Positions 11,691-21,150 of a stretch of DNA of 64,000 nt are shown here, piece after piece. The stretch spans positions 64,001 to 128,000 of the forward strand of contig CAVYSY010000051.1 in assembly GCA_963771175.1 (NCBI GenBank), written 5' to 3'. This DNA comes from an uncultured delta proteobacterium. GTDB lineage: Bacteria; Myxococcota; Myxococcia; Myxococcales; Myxococcaceae. A model generated the notes under the pieces. That model was not told the DNA's origin. It saw only the letters and a list, made by a program, of their open reading frames with translations, and made no database searches. The position numbers and the translations under genes were made by a program. The first letter of the stretch is position 1. Each line of letters begins with the position of its first letter.

Positions 11691-13768
11691 ATGGGGACTC
11701 TGGGATACTACTCGACGATCGCACGGCTCGCGCCGGGGGGGCTCGCCCGAGGGATGGCGCGGCGGGTCCAGGGAGTCGCTCGGCAAGCGCGCTATCGCCA
11801 GCGCGAGCGGCTCGACGAACCGAGGCTGCTGGCGGCCTTCGGCATCTCCCGCGCGGAGGAGCTGGCCGAGCGGGTGCTGTCGGCGCGCCCCGGCGGGGCC
11901 TGGTGTGAGGTGGACCAGCGGGCCTTCGTGGTGGAAGCGCTCGCGGCCCTCCCTGGCGCCGAGGAGCGGGCCCTGGCACGCGCCCGCGCCGCCTTGCGAG
12001 GAGAGTTCGACGTCTTCGGGACGACCGTGTGCTTCGGCGAGGGTCAGCCGGTGGACTGGTCGAGGGATCCGGTGAGCGGCTACCGCTATCCGGTCGTCCC
12101 GGTGGAGCAGCTCCGGCTGGAGCAGCCGGGCGTGGACCCCAAGTACCCGTGGGTGCTGGGGCGGCTGGACTGTCTGGTGGCGCTCGGTCAGGGGTACTGG
12201 GTGGAGCGCGACGCGGCGGCGCGACGCACCTTCGCGCGGGCCTTCGTGACGCGGACCCTGGACTTCCTCCAGGCCAACCCGGTGGGGCAGGGCGTGCACT
12301 GGACGTGTGCCATGGAGGTGGCGCTGCGCGCGGCCAACCTGGCGCAGGCGCTGGTGATGTTCTCGGACGCGCCGGAGGCCCGGCGGCCGGAGTTCCTCGT
12401 GCCGGTGCTGGAGTCGCTGGTCGAGCACACCGCGTGGGTGGACGCGCACCTGGAGGACAAAGGAGCGGTGCCCAACAACCACCTCGTCTCCAACTACGTG
12501 GGCCTGCTGGTGGCGGGCCTGCTCTTCCCGGAGCTGCCGGACGCGCCGAGGCAGGTGGCGCGCGCGGTGGCGGGGCTTCGGGCTCAGATGGCGGCGCAGG
12601 TGCACCCGGAGGGCACGTCCTTCGAGGGCTCGGTGCCCTACCACCGGCTCGCGGTGGAGCTCTTCACCCTGGCGTGGGTGGTGGCGCGCGGGACGGGGAC
12701 GGACCTCGGCGAGATGTACGAGACGCGGCTGCGCCGCATGTACGCCGCCGCGCGTGCCTGGTGCTCGGAGGAGGGGCTGGCACCGCAGATCGGGGACAAC
12801 GACTCGGGCCGCGTCTTCCCCTTCCGGGACCGCGGAGCCGTGCGATCACGGCTACCTCGCCCCACTGGGGGCGGCCCTCTTCGGCGACCCGAACCTCGCG
12901 GGAGGGAACCTTCCCGGACGAGGCGGCCTGGCTGCTGGGCCAGCCGGGGCTCGATCGCTTCAAGGCCCTGCGGCTCGCTCGACCCGCGGAGTCGGAGAGC
13001 TTCCCGGAGGGAGGCTTCCACGTGCTGCGCGGGGCGGGGGCGGTGGTGACGGTGAGCGCCGGAGCGCAGGGGCAGCGCGGGGTAGGCGGGCACAGCCACA
13101 ACGACAAGCTCTCCTTCGAGCTGCACCTGCATGGGCGCCCCGTCATCGTGGACCCGGGCACGGGCACGTACACGCGGGAGCCCGCGGTGCGCAACGCGTT
13201 CCGCGCCACGGCCGCGCACAACACGCTGGAGGTGGACGGCGTGGAGCAGGCGCCGCTCGAGCCGGGCCGGCTCTTCGCGCTGCCCGAGGCGGCGCGGGCG
13301 CGGGTGGAGGTGTTCCAGTCGGGCGCCGAGCTGGAGCGGCTCACCGTGCGGCACGACGGCTACCGCGCGCTGCCCTCGCCCATGTTCGTGGAGCGCACCT
13401 TCTTGCTGGACAAGCGCGAGCGTGCGCTCGGGGTGACGGACGCATTGGTGGGAGTGGGGCTTCACGAAGTGGTGGGGCGACTCCACCTTCCGGACCGCGA
13501 GGCCCGGCCGCGAGCGCCCACGCCCGCGCAACTGGCGCGGGCACTGCGTGTGCCAGAAGCCCCGCGGAACTTCGAATCGCTCGGTGTGGAGTTGGGGCCG
13601 GCGGAGGCCCCGGTGGCGCTGGTGCTCTTCGCGGTGGGCCTGGAGCCGCGGTTGGAGCCGTCCCGGTACTCGCCGGGTTACGGCCTCGTGGTGCCGTCGC
13701 AGGTGGTGGTGTTCCGGGTGCGCGTGTCGCCCCCGGCGTGGCTGAGGTGGGTGGTCGTCTTCAATTGA
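11691..13768 (+). CDS. Heparinase II/III family protein; apparent frameshifts at ~12835-12910
   Basis: NNHLVSN, SFEGSVPYH, PQIGDNDSGR in the first frame; GHSHNDKLSFEL...VDPGTGTY...TAAHNT in the downstream frame. Confidence 0.8.
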
Positions 13769-13819
13769 AGACCAGGGACGAGGGGGTGACCGGGGGGACC
13801 GGCACACCTTCAGGGAGAG

Positions 13820-15161
13820 GTGAGTCAGATGCGCGTCATGGTGAGCCCGCTGCTGGAGCGTATCCGTCGGCGGGAGGCGAGGGTGGGCGTGGTGGGGATG
13901 GGCTACGTGGGTCTGCCGCTGGGCATGGCGTTCGCGGAGGCCGGCTTCCCCGTGACGGGGCTCGACGTCGACACGCGGAAGGTGGACAGCATCGGCAAGG
14001 GGGAGAGCTACATCAAGCACATCCCCAGCGCGCCGCTGAAGGAGCTGACGAGCAAGGGCAGGCTGAAGGCGACGACGGACTTCGCCCGGGCGAAGGAGCT
14101 GGACTGCATCATCATCTGCGTGCCCACGCCGCTCACGGCGTCGCGTGAGCCGGACATGAGCTACATCGTCAAGACGGGCGAGGCGCTCTCGCCGTACGTG
14201 CGTCCAGGGCAGCTCTTCGTCCTGGAGTCCACCACCTACCCGGGCACCACGGACGAGGTGCTCAAGCCGCATGCTGGAGAGGAGCGGCCTGAAGGCGGGC
14301 GTGGACTTCCACCTGGCCTTCAGCCCCGAGCGCGAGGACCCGGGCAACAAGAACTTCAACACCAAGACGATCCCGAAGATCGTCGGCGGCTACACCCCGG
14401 CGTGCCTCGAGGTGGCGCAGGCGCTCTACGCGCAGCGCGCTGCAAGGAGACGGTGCCGGTGTCCTCCACGCGCGTGGCCGAGCTGGCCAAGCTGCTGGAG
14501 AACATCTACCGCTGCGTCAACATCGCCATGGTCAACGAGATGAAGATGCTCTGCGACCGGATGGACATCGACGTGTGGGAGGTCATCGACGCGGCGAGCG
14601 ACCAAGCCCTTCGGCTTCATGCCCTTCTACCCGGGCCCGGGCCTGGGCGGGCACTGCATCCCCATCGACCCGTTCTACCTGACGTGGAAGGCGCGCGAGT
14701 ACGAGTTCCACACCAGGTTCATCGAGCTGGCCGGCGAGGTGAACACGCAGATGCCGTACTACGTGGTGCACCCGGACCATGGAGGCGCTCAACAAGCACA
14801 GGAAGACGCTCAACGGCTCGAAGGTGCTGTGCCTCGGCGCGGCGTACAAGAAGGACATCGACGACATGCGCGAGAGCCCGAGCCTGCGGATCATCTCGCT
14901 GCTCAAGGAGAAGGGCGCCGAGGTCGACTACCACGACCCGTACGTGCCGCGCCTCGAGGAGGGTCACGGCTTCCACTACTCGCATGACGTCGGTGCCGCT
15001 GCACCCGGAGACGCATCGGCCAGTACGACGCGGTGGTCATCCTCACCGACCACTCGAGCATCGACTACAACATGGTCGTGAAGCAGTCGCAGGTGGTCGT
15101 CGACACCCGCAACGCCAGCAAGAACGTGGGCCCGGGCCGTGAGAAGGTGACGAAGGCATAG
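13820..15161 (+). CDS. Nucleotide-sugar dehydrogenase (UDP-glucose/GDP-mannose dehydrogenase family); several apparent frameshifts at 14270-15010
   Basis: [67 protein letters not shown] spread over three frames; TAG at 15159-15161. Confidence 0.85.
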
Positions 15162-15204
15162 GCGGGGCGCCGGCCGGCCCGGTTGCCGTCCGGCCACAGC
15201 CAGG

Positions 15205-15248
15205 AGGCCCCGTCGCGGCGGTCAGGGGGGGACGCCGCGGTGGGGCCT
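15205..15248. terminator. GC-rich hairpin between convergent genes
   Basis: AGGCCCCGTCGCGGCG...CGCCGCGGTGGGGCCT inverted repeat (G-U pairs on +) between the dehydrogenase and SDR stops. Confidence 0.5.
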
Positions 15249-15261
15249 TCGTTTATCCAGC

Positions 15262-16035
15262 TCACGGACGCCTGGGCGCGCCGGGCTCTGGGACGGTCAG
15301 GTCCTCGGAGGAGTAGTAGGCGATGACCTGCTGCTGGTACTCCGGCCGCGAGTACACGTCGGGGCGGGGCCGCTCGATGACGTCCAGCAGGACGGCGGCC
15401 ACCTCCTCGACGGATTGCGCGCCGGGAATCCGCCGCGAGTCCACTCCGCCCCCGAGCGCGTTCACGCCGAACTCGGTGGCCACCACGCCCGGCAGGAACG
15501 CGGTGACGTGGATGTCCGGGTAGCGCTCGCGCAGCTCCTGGCGCAGGTTGGCCGTGAGCGCGTTGAGCGCGTGCTTGGCCGCGTTGTAGGCCGAGCGGAC
15601 GGGGACGTACGGCACCCGTCCCAGCATGGACGAGACGTTGATGATGTGCCCGCGTCCGCGCGACTGGAAGTGCGGCAGCACGGCCTGCATGCCGTAGAGC
15701 GCCGACTTGACGTTGACGCGCATCATCTCGTCGAAGTCCTCGTCGGTGAGCTCGGAGACGAGCTTGCTGATGCCTCGCCCCGCGTTGTTCACCCAGACGT
15801 CCACCTGCCCGAAGCGGGCAAGCGCCGCGTCCAGCACGCGCTGGACGTCTTCACGCCGGGAGACATCCGCGACCACCGGGAGTGCCTCGGACCCCGAGCG
15901 TGCCGCCACCTCGCGCAGCTCGCGCTCGCGCCGCGCGGCGAGCACCGGCTGCCACCCCTTCCGACCGACCTGCTCCGCCAGGGCGGCGCCGATTCCCGCG
16001 CTCGCTCCCGTGATCACCACGACTTTCTTGTCCAT
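15262..16035 (-). CDS. SDR family oxidoreductase
   Basis: TGASAGIG, NNAG, NVSS, YxxxK (YNAAK). Confidence 0.92.
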   Translation of the reverse strand: MDKKVVVITGASAGIGAALAEQVGRKGWQPVLAARRERELREVAARSGSEALPVVADVSRREDVQRVLDAALARFGQVDVWVNNAGRGISKLVSELTDEDFDEMMRVNVKSALYGMQAVLPHFQSRGRGHIINVSSMLGRVPYVPVRSAYNAAKHALNALTANLRQELRERYPDIHVTAFLPGVVATEFGVNALGGGVDSRRIPGAQSVEEVAAVLLDVIERPRPDVYSRPEYQQQVIAYYSSEDLTVPEPGAPRRP

Positions 16036-16089
16036 GACGGCCTCCTCGCGGGGCATGTTAGCCGGGGCGGGGTCGGGTAGAGTCGGGGT

Positions 16090-17817
16090 GTGCGAAACCT
16101 ACTCAGGCCAGTCCTTCCACTGCTCGCCTCCTCGGTCCTCCTCGCCGCCGCCGCGCCCGCTCCGGACGCGCGCGTGGCGCTGGTGGACGCGATGGCGGAG
16201 GAGCTCCAGCGCAACCAGCAGCAGCTCAAGCTGCAGAACCACGAGCCTCCGTACTTCATGGGCTACCAGCTCAAGGACACGGAGCAGCACGGCATCGTCG
16301 CCCGTTACGGGGCGCTCTTCCAGGATGACTCGTTCCGCGAGCGAAAGCTGTACGTGGACGTGCGGGTGGGCTCGTACGACTTCGACAACTCGGGCCCCGA
16401 GGAGTACGAGTTCTTCGGCGGTGGCCGCGGCAGCAGCTACGTCGCCAACAAGGACGCGCCCATCGACGACGCGGCCCTGGCGCTGCGCACCTCGCTGTGG
16501 CTGGTGACGGACGAGAAGTACAAGGCCGCGCTCTCTCAGTTCCTCAAGAAGAAGGGTGAGAACGTCTACGCGGTGGAGGACCCGAAGCAGCCGCCGTCCT
16601 TCTCCAAGGAGAAGCCGACTCAGTACGTGCAGAAGCCGGTGGTCTTCCCGTTCGACCACGAGCGCTGGAGGAAGGTGGCGCGCGAGGTGTCCGCGCGCTT
16701 CAAGGCGCACCCCGAGATCTTCGACTCGGAGGTGCGGGTGACGGCGGACAAGGTGACGCGCCTCTTCGTGTCCACCGAGGGCAGCCGCATCGTGTCGGAA
16801 GAGACGATGTACGGGTTGCACGTGATGGCGGTGACGCGGGCGGACGACGGGCAGCTCCTGGACAACTCGCGCAACTACTACGCGCCCACCGAGGCGGGGT
16901 TGCCGGACGACAAGAAGCTGGCCGAGGCCACCACGAAGATCGTCGAGGAACTGCTGGCGCTGAGGAAGGCACCGGCCATCGACCCGTACACGGGGCCGGC
17001 CATCCTCGCGCCGGAGGCGGCGGGCGTGCTCTTCCACGAGACGATGGGGCACCGGCTGGAGGGAGACCGGCAGGATGGGGAAGGGGAGGGGAAGACCTTC
17101 CGGGGCCAGGTGGGCAAGCAGGTGCTGCCGGCGTTCCTCAGCCTCATCGACGACCCGACCCTGCGCACGCTGCAGGGCGAGCCGCTCAACGGGTTCTACG
17201 AGTACGACGAGGAGGGCGTGAAGGGGCAGCGGACGCCGCTGGTGGAGAAGGGCGTGCTGAAGGGCTACCTGCTGTCGAGGCGGCCGGTGGAGGGCTTCCT
17301 GCAGTCCAACGGGCACGGGCGCAGCCAGGGCACGCGCAAGCCGGTGGCGCGCATGGCCAACCTCATCGTCGAGTCGACGAAGCAGGTGGATGACGTGGAG
17401 CTGAAGAAGCAGCTCATCGCCGAGGCGAAGCGCCAGGGCAAGCCCTACGGGCTCATCATCCGGGACATCACGGGCGGCAACACCAACACGTCGAGCTACG
17501 GCTACCAGGCGTTCAAGGGCGTGCCGCGGATGGTGTACCGGGTGGACGTGAAGACGGGACAGGAGACGCTGGTGCGCGGGGTGGAGATCGTCGGCACGCC
17601 GCTGTCGTCGATCAACCGCATCATGTCCACGGGCCGCAAGTTGGGCATCTTCAACGGGTACTGCGGGGCGGAGAGCGGGAACGTGCCGGTGTCCACGGTG
17701 GCGCCGGCGGTGCTGCTGCAGGAGATCGAGCTGCAGCGGGCGATGGAGGGCAAGGACCGGCCGCCCATCCTGATGAGCCCGGCCGCGAGCACCACCGCGA
17801 GCGGTGACGTGAAGTAG
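16090..17817 (+). CDS. TldD/PmbA family metalloprotease with signal peptide
   Basis: FHETMGHRLEGD (HExxGH), YDEEG, NGHGR, CGAESGNVPVS; N-terminal signal-like stretch. Confidence 0.85.
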   Translation: MRNLLRPVLPLLASSVLLAAAAPAPDARVALVDAMAEELQRNQQQLKLQNHEPPYFMGYQLKDTEQHGIVARYGALFQDDSFRERKLYVDVRVGSYDFDNSGPEEYEFFGGGRGSSYVANKDAPIDDAALALRTSLWLVTDEKYKAALSQFLKKKGENVYAVEDPKQPPSFSKEKPTQYVQKPVVFPFDHERWRKVAREVSARFKAHPEIFDSEVRVTADKVTRLFVSTEGSRIVSEETMYGLHVMAVTRADDGQLLDNSRNYYAPTEAGLPDDKKLAEATTKIVEELLALRKAPAIDPYTGPAILAPEAAGVLFHETMGHRLEGDRQDGEGEGKTFRGQVGKQVLPAFLSLIDDPTLRTLQGEPLNGFYEYDEEGVKGQRTPLVEKGVLKGYLLSRRPVEGFLQSNGHGRSQGTRKPVARMANLIVESTKQVDDVELKKQLIAEAKRQGKPYGLIIRDITGGNTNTSSYGYQAFKGVPRMVYRVDVKTGQETLVRGVEIVGTPLSSINRIMSTGRKLGIFNGYCGAESGNVPVSTVAPAVLLQEIELQRAMEGKDRPPILMSPAASTTASGDVK

Positions 17818-17829
17818 CGCAGCACTCTG

Positions 17830-17856
17830 GGGAGACAGGTCCAAATCCTGTCTCCC
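17830..17856 (+). terminator. Hairpin downstream of tldD
   Basis: GGGAGACAGG-N7-CCTGTCTCCC perfect 10-bp inverted repeat 12 nt after the stop. Confidence 0.55.
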
Positions 17857-17922
17857 TGGCCAGCCCAAGCTGCTCGACGTGAGCTTCGAGCTGCTGATGC
17901 TCGAGCGCGTCGCGGACGCTCA

Positions 17923-18930
17923 TTGATTCACGAGAGGCTCATGTCACGCAGGACGCTCCGCCGCACCGTTTCCCGACTGCTGCTCTTCGCCCCGGCGCTT
18001 CCCCTCCTCGCCTGCTCGCGGCAGTCCTCCTACCGCATGAGTTGCTACGAGGTACTCTATGAGGAGAGGATCACGATCTCCTGGCGCGCCCCTCCCGATG
18101 GCGGCACTCATGAGCTGGACACCTGCCAGCACTACTGCATGAATTCGTACAGTGGGCAGAGGGCTGGTCCAGAGTGGCTGAAGGATTGCAGCCTGCAGAT
18201 GCGTGATGGTGGCACCAGCGCGGTAGTGACGTGTCAGGTCGTTGGGGAACTCTGTGAAGGCCGCCGTCCCGAGGGGCTGGTGAGCCGGGGTGTGGTGGAG
18301 GGCCGGGTGTCCGCGCTCGGAGCCCTCTTCGCCCGGATGGCCCACTTGGAGGCTGCCTCCGTGCCGGCCTTCGAGCGCCTCGCCGAGGAACTCGCCAATC
18401 ATGGGGCCCCCGCCCGGCTGGTGCGCGCCGCCCGCCGCTCCGCCTCGGACGAGGTACGCCACATGCGCGCCATGCGGGCCCTCGCCCAGCGTTACGGCGC
18501 TCCCATTCCTCCTCTGCAGGTGGAGCCCTTTGGCCCTCGTCCCCTGGCCGCGCTCGCGCTGGAGAATGCCGTGGAGGGCTGTGTGCGCGAGACGTTCGGT
18601 GCTCTCGTGGCGGGGTGGCAGGCTCGCTGCGCGCTCGATCCGGAGGTGCGCCGGGCCCTGGGCCACATCGCCCCGGACGAGCTGCGGCATGCGGAGCTCT
18701 CGTGGGCCATCGACGCTTGGGCCTCGCGCCGCCTCTCCGCATCGGAACGGGAGCACCTCCGAGAAGCCCGGCACGAAGCGCTGCGCACCCTGGCCCGCTC
18801 CGTGGCGCAGGACAAGCCCGTGGAGGCGTTCATCCGGTGGGCGGGGATGCCCTCGCCGGAAGCGGCACGCATGCTCGTGCGTGAGCTGACGGAGCTGGTT
18901 CTCGACCTGGAGCAACAGGCCGGGACTTGA
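17923..18930 (+). CDS. Ferritin-like domain lipoprotein (myxobacterial type)
   Basis: Lipobox LLAC; GRRPEGL, LEAASVPAF, DEVRH, ENAVEGCVRET, DELRHAELSW (ExxH pairs); start may be ATG 17941. Confidence 0.75.
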   Translation: MIHERLMSRRTLRRTVSRLLLFAPALPLLACSRQSSYRMSCYEVLYEERITISWRAPPDGGTHELDTCQHYCMNSYSGQRAGPEWLKDCSLQMRDGGTSAVVTCQVVGELCEGRRPEGLVSRGVVEGRVSALGALFARMAHLEAASVPAFERLAEELANHGAPARLVRAARRSASDEVRHMRAMRALAQRYGAPIPPLQVEPFGPRPLAALALENAVEGCVRETFGALVAGWQARCALDPEVRRALGHIAPDELRHAELSWAIDAWASRRLSASEREHLREARHEALRTLARSVAQDKPVEAFIRWAGMPSPEAARMLVRELTELVLDLEQQAGT

Positions 18931-19359
18931 TGTCCCCCTGGCAGTCGAGCCAAAGGGACATCAGGAGCGCACGCTCATGATGAAGCGACCATTCGTCGCC
19001 AGGGGGCGTATGCGGAACGGACCCCGGACGAGCAGGTCTTCCTCTATGCCACCGAATACGAGGACGACGTCCTGACCCACAAGAAGATCGAGGAAGGTGA
19101 CGTCGTTCTCTTCGTCACGCTCCCCAGGTTGGCGGAGGGGAGACTCCGCGCTGGGGGAAAGCGCTCCACCGCGCAGGTCGCCGTCTGGCGCTTCTCGGAG
19201 TCTTCGCCCCGTGATGGTTCTGACTGGCGCCAGAGTGATGGCACCGTGGAGGTGGTGATGCTCTCTCGGACGAAGGTCCACCTCCGGGTGGACGCGAAGT
19301 TCCCAGGCGGTGGGTCCGTCTCTGGCGAGCTCGTCGCGCCAATTCGCGGCGAGGATTGA
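18931..19359 (+). pseudogene. Startless open frame, probable 5'-truncated gene remnant
   Basis: Open for 142 sense codons with host-like GC3 usage (EQVFLYATEYEDDVLTHKKIEEG...); no ATG near its 5' end. Confidence 0.35.
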
Positions 19360-19418
19360 CTCAGGCGCAGTGGAGGGCGGTGCCGCGCGGTACGGGCGCT
19401 GTTGCAGTCCCATCAGAT

Positions 19419-21059
19419 TCAGCGGGCTCCCAGACGGTGGAGCAGAATCGTCCTCAGATAGTCGCGAGTACGTATCGCCTCGTCCTGATAGTTCCTGCCC
19501 TGTGTGCGTTCTCCGTGGACGATTTCGCACCTGCTTTCGTAGGACTCCCTCACCGCCCGCTGCAGGTTGTCGGCGGGTCCCACCCCAAGAGTCGCCAGCT
19601 CCTTGCTGATTCTCTCCGCGCACTTCGTGGTGAGAGAGCCCTCTCCTCGGCGCGTGAAGAGCCCCTCGAGTGCTACCCAGCAGTCTATCAGCCAGTCTTT
19701 TGGAGAGCCTCGGCGGCAGGACGAGAACCAGCGACGCAGGGCGATGGTCAGGCCTCCGTCCTGCGAGGCTCCTGCCTGACCTGTCTCAGCGGAGAAAAGA
19801 TCGTAGATTCGCGGAACCAATGCCTGCAAACGTTTGGCGTCATCAACGCTCAACGAGACATGGCCAGGCATGAATGCTCTATTGAAAGAGGCCCCGCCGA
19901 TGCGGGTCCTGAATCCCTCCCGGAGCGATCCTTCCCGGAGTTTCTCCGCGAAAGTGGGCTCGATGATGTATCCGATGGATGGCTCGCCCATGAGCAGGTT
20001 GAGAGCTACCAGCGCCACAAATTCTGGGAGTTCCAGCTTCAGCTCGTCATGCAGGTCCCTCTCCCACATGATGGTCTGAAAGCCCGGCTCTTCATATTCG
20101 AGCACACTCCGAAGACCAAGGACATCGAGCCCACGCAGCGGTATTTCATTGCACAGCGGGTCCGGGTTGAGCCAACGGTCGAGCTCCATCGCCGACACAG
20201 CCCTCAGCTTGAGGCGCGGCAGGAGTTCCAAAGCGGGGCCATTCAGCCACAGCTTGAGCAGGGGCGTCAGGCGGTATTGGCATTGCCGCCCACGCGCGAT
20301 GCGCTGCTTCAGTCGGATGAACAGGTAGTGCGCCACCCGCTCATCCAAGTTCAGTACCTGGGGGGCGAGCCATAGATAATCGCGGACGTACTCGCCAACA
20401 AAGCCATTCCACGCCCTCACGCGCATCTCGGCGAGGTTCGCGGGTGGATGTGCTTCATCTTCTGTTATGAGGAGACAGTTCCACTCTGGAGGCGCCTTCG
20501 ACATCAGCAGGGCCAGCGGATCCAGCGAGCGCAGTTGCTCTTCCTGGTTGTTTCTCACGAAAAGCTCAAACAGGTGTCGCGCATCATGGCACTGCATTGT
20601 CAAGATGCTGGGGCCACCGCTAGGCGAGACGCCAATCACCTCATTCCTCGACAGGACCTCTGATTGCCGTAGCCAGGCGCGCAAAAGCCGCTGCTCCTCG
20701 TCCAGGGCGTGCTCCTCCAATGAAGGCGAGAACAGACTGCCATCGGCCAGCCGCTTATGAAGCGGCTTCGGACCATGGGTCAGGAAGAAGTGGCATACCT
20801 CCCGGATGACGTTCTGGAGCGCTCCCTCCAGTTGCTCCAGGGGCGTTCCGGTCAAGGGCTTGGCCGTGAGGTGGCGAAGGTTCCAGAGTCCCTCTCCAAG
20901 AAGTCTTCCGAACAGCATCTTGCACTCCTCATGGAACATTGGCGGCGATTGTAGCCGGACGCGGGCGTTTGCTCCGGAAACATGGAGGAATGAGGAAGAG
21001 GAAGGGGCCGACAAGGATTGAACGAGATGGACATGTGGAAGATGTAGTCCCGTTCGCAT
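19419..21059 (-). CDS. Protein with C-terminal HEPN domain (Apea-like), predicted RNase
   Basis: C-terminal CWVALEGLF...YESRCEIVHG with R-x4-H at 19515-19532; strong SD (GGAGGAGGGAGG) before ATG 21059; visibly more AT-rich than flanks. Confidence 0.7.
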   Translation of the reverse strand: MRTGLHLPHVHLVQSLSAPSSSSFLHVSGANARVRLQSPPMFHEECKMLFGRLLGEGLWNLRHLTAKPLTGTPLEQLEGALQNVIREVCHFFLTHGPKPLHKRLADGSLFSPSLEEHALDEEQRLLRAWLRQSEVLSRNEVIGVSPSGGPSILTMQCHDARHLFELFVRNNQEEQLRSLDPLALLMSKAPPEWNCLLITEDEAHPPANLAEMRVRAWNGFVGEYVRDYLWLAPQVLNLDERVAHYLFIRLKQRIARGRQCQYRLTPLLKLWLNGPALELLPRLKLRAVSAMELDRWLNPDPLCNEIPLRGLDVLGLRSVLEYEEPGFQTIMWERDLHDELKLELPEFVALVALNLLMGEPSIGYIIEPTFAEKLREGSLREGFRTRIGGASFNRAFMPGHVSLSVDDAKRLQALVPRIYDLFSAETGQAGASQDGGLTIALRRWFSSCRRGSPKDWLIDCWVALEGLFTRRGEGSLTTKCAERISKELATLGVGPADNLQRAVRESYESRCEIVHGERTQGRNYQDEAIRTRDYLRTILLHRLGAR

Positions 21060-21074
21060 TCGGCCTCCCTCCTC

Positions 21075-21146
21075 CGCCGAGAGCCGGCAAGGAGTGAGTG
21101 AGACGGACAGTTGGAATGTAGTCACACTCGCATCCGGCCCCCGGCG
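21075..21146 (-). ncRNA. Candidate Y RNA-like structured RNA between TROVE and HEPN genes
   Basis: Minus strand: 13-bp closing stem CGCCGGGGGCCGG/CCGGCUCUCGGCG (2 G-U), internal loop AUGC/ACUCCUUG, upper stem GAGUGUGAC/GUCUCACUC; 4 nt after the Ro60-like stop. Confidence 0.55.
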
Positions 21147-21150
21147 TTCC

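Noticed and set aside
13820..15161. Calling the nucleotide-sugar dehydrogenase a pseudogene
   Set aside because: All catalytic motifs and codon bias are intact, and similar indels occur window-wide; sequencing error is more parsimonious.
18928..18963. UGA plus hairpin as a selenocysteine (SECIS) signal
   Set aside because: The UGA lies within the stem, the context is not a redox motif, the ferritin-like domain is already complete, and the stem pairs better on the opposite strand.
21060..21150. tRNA, tRNA-like YrlA module or intrinsic terminator in the TROVE-HEPN spacer
   Set aside because: No T-arm (GTTCRA) or cloverleaf and no U-tract; kept only as a minimal Y RNA-like candidate.
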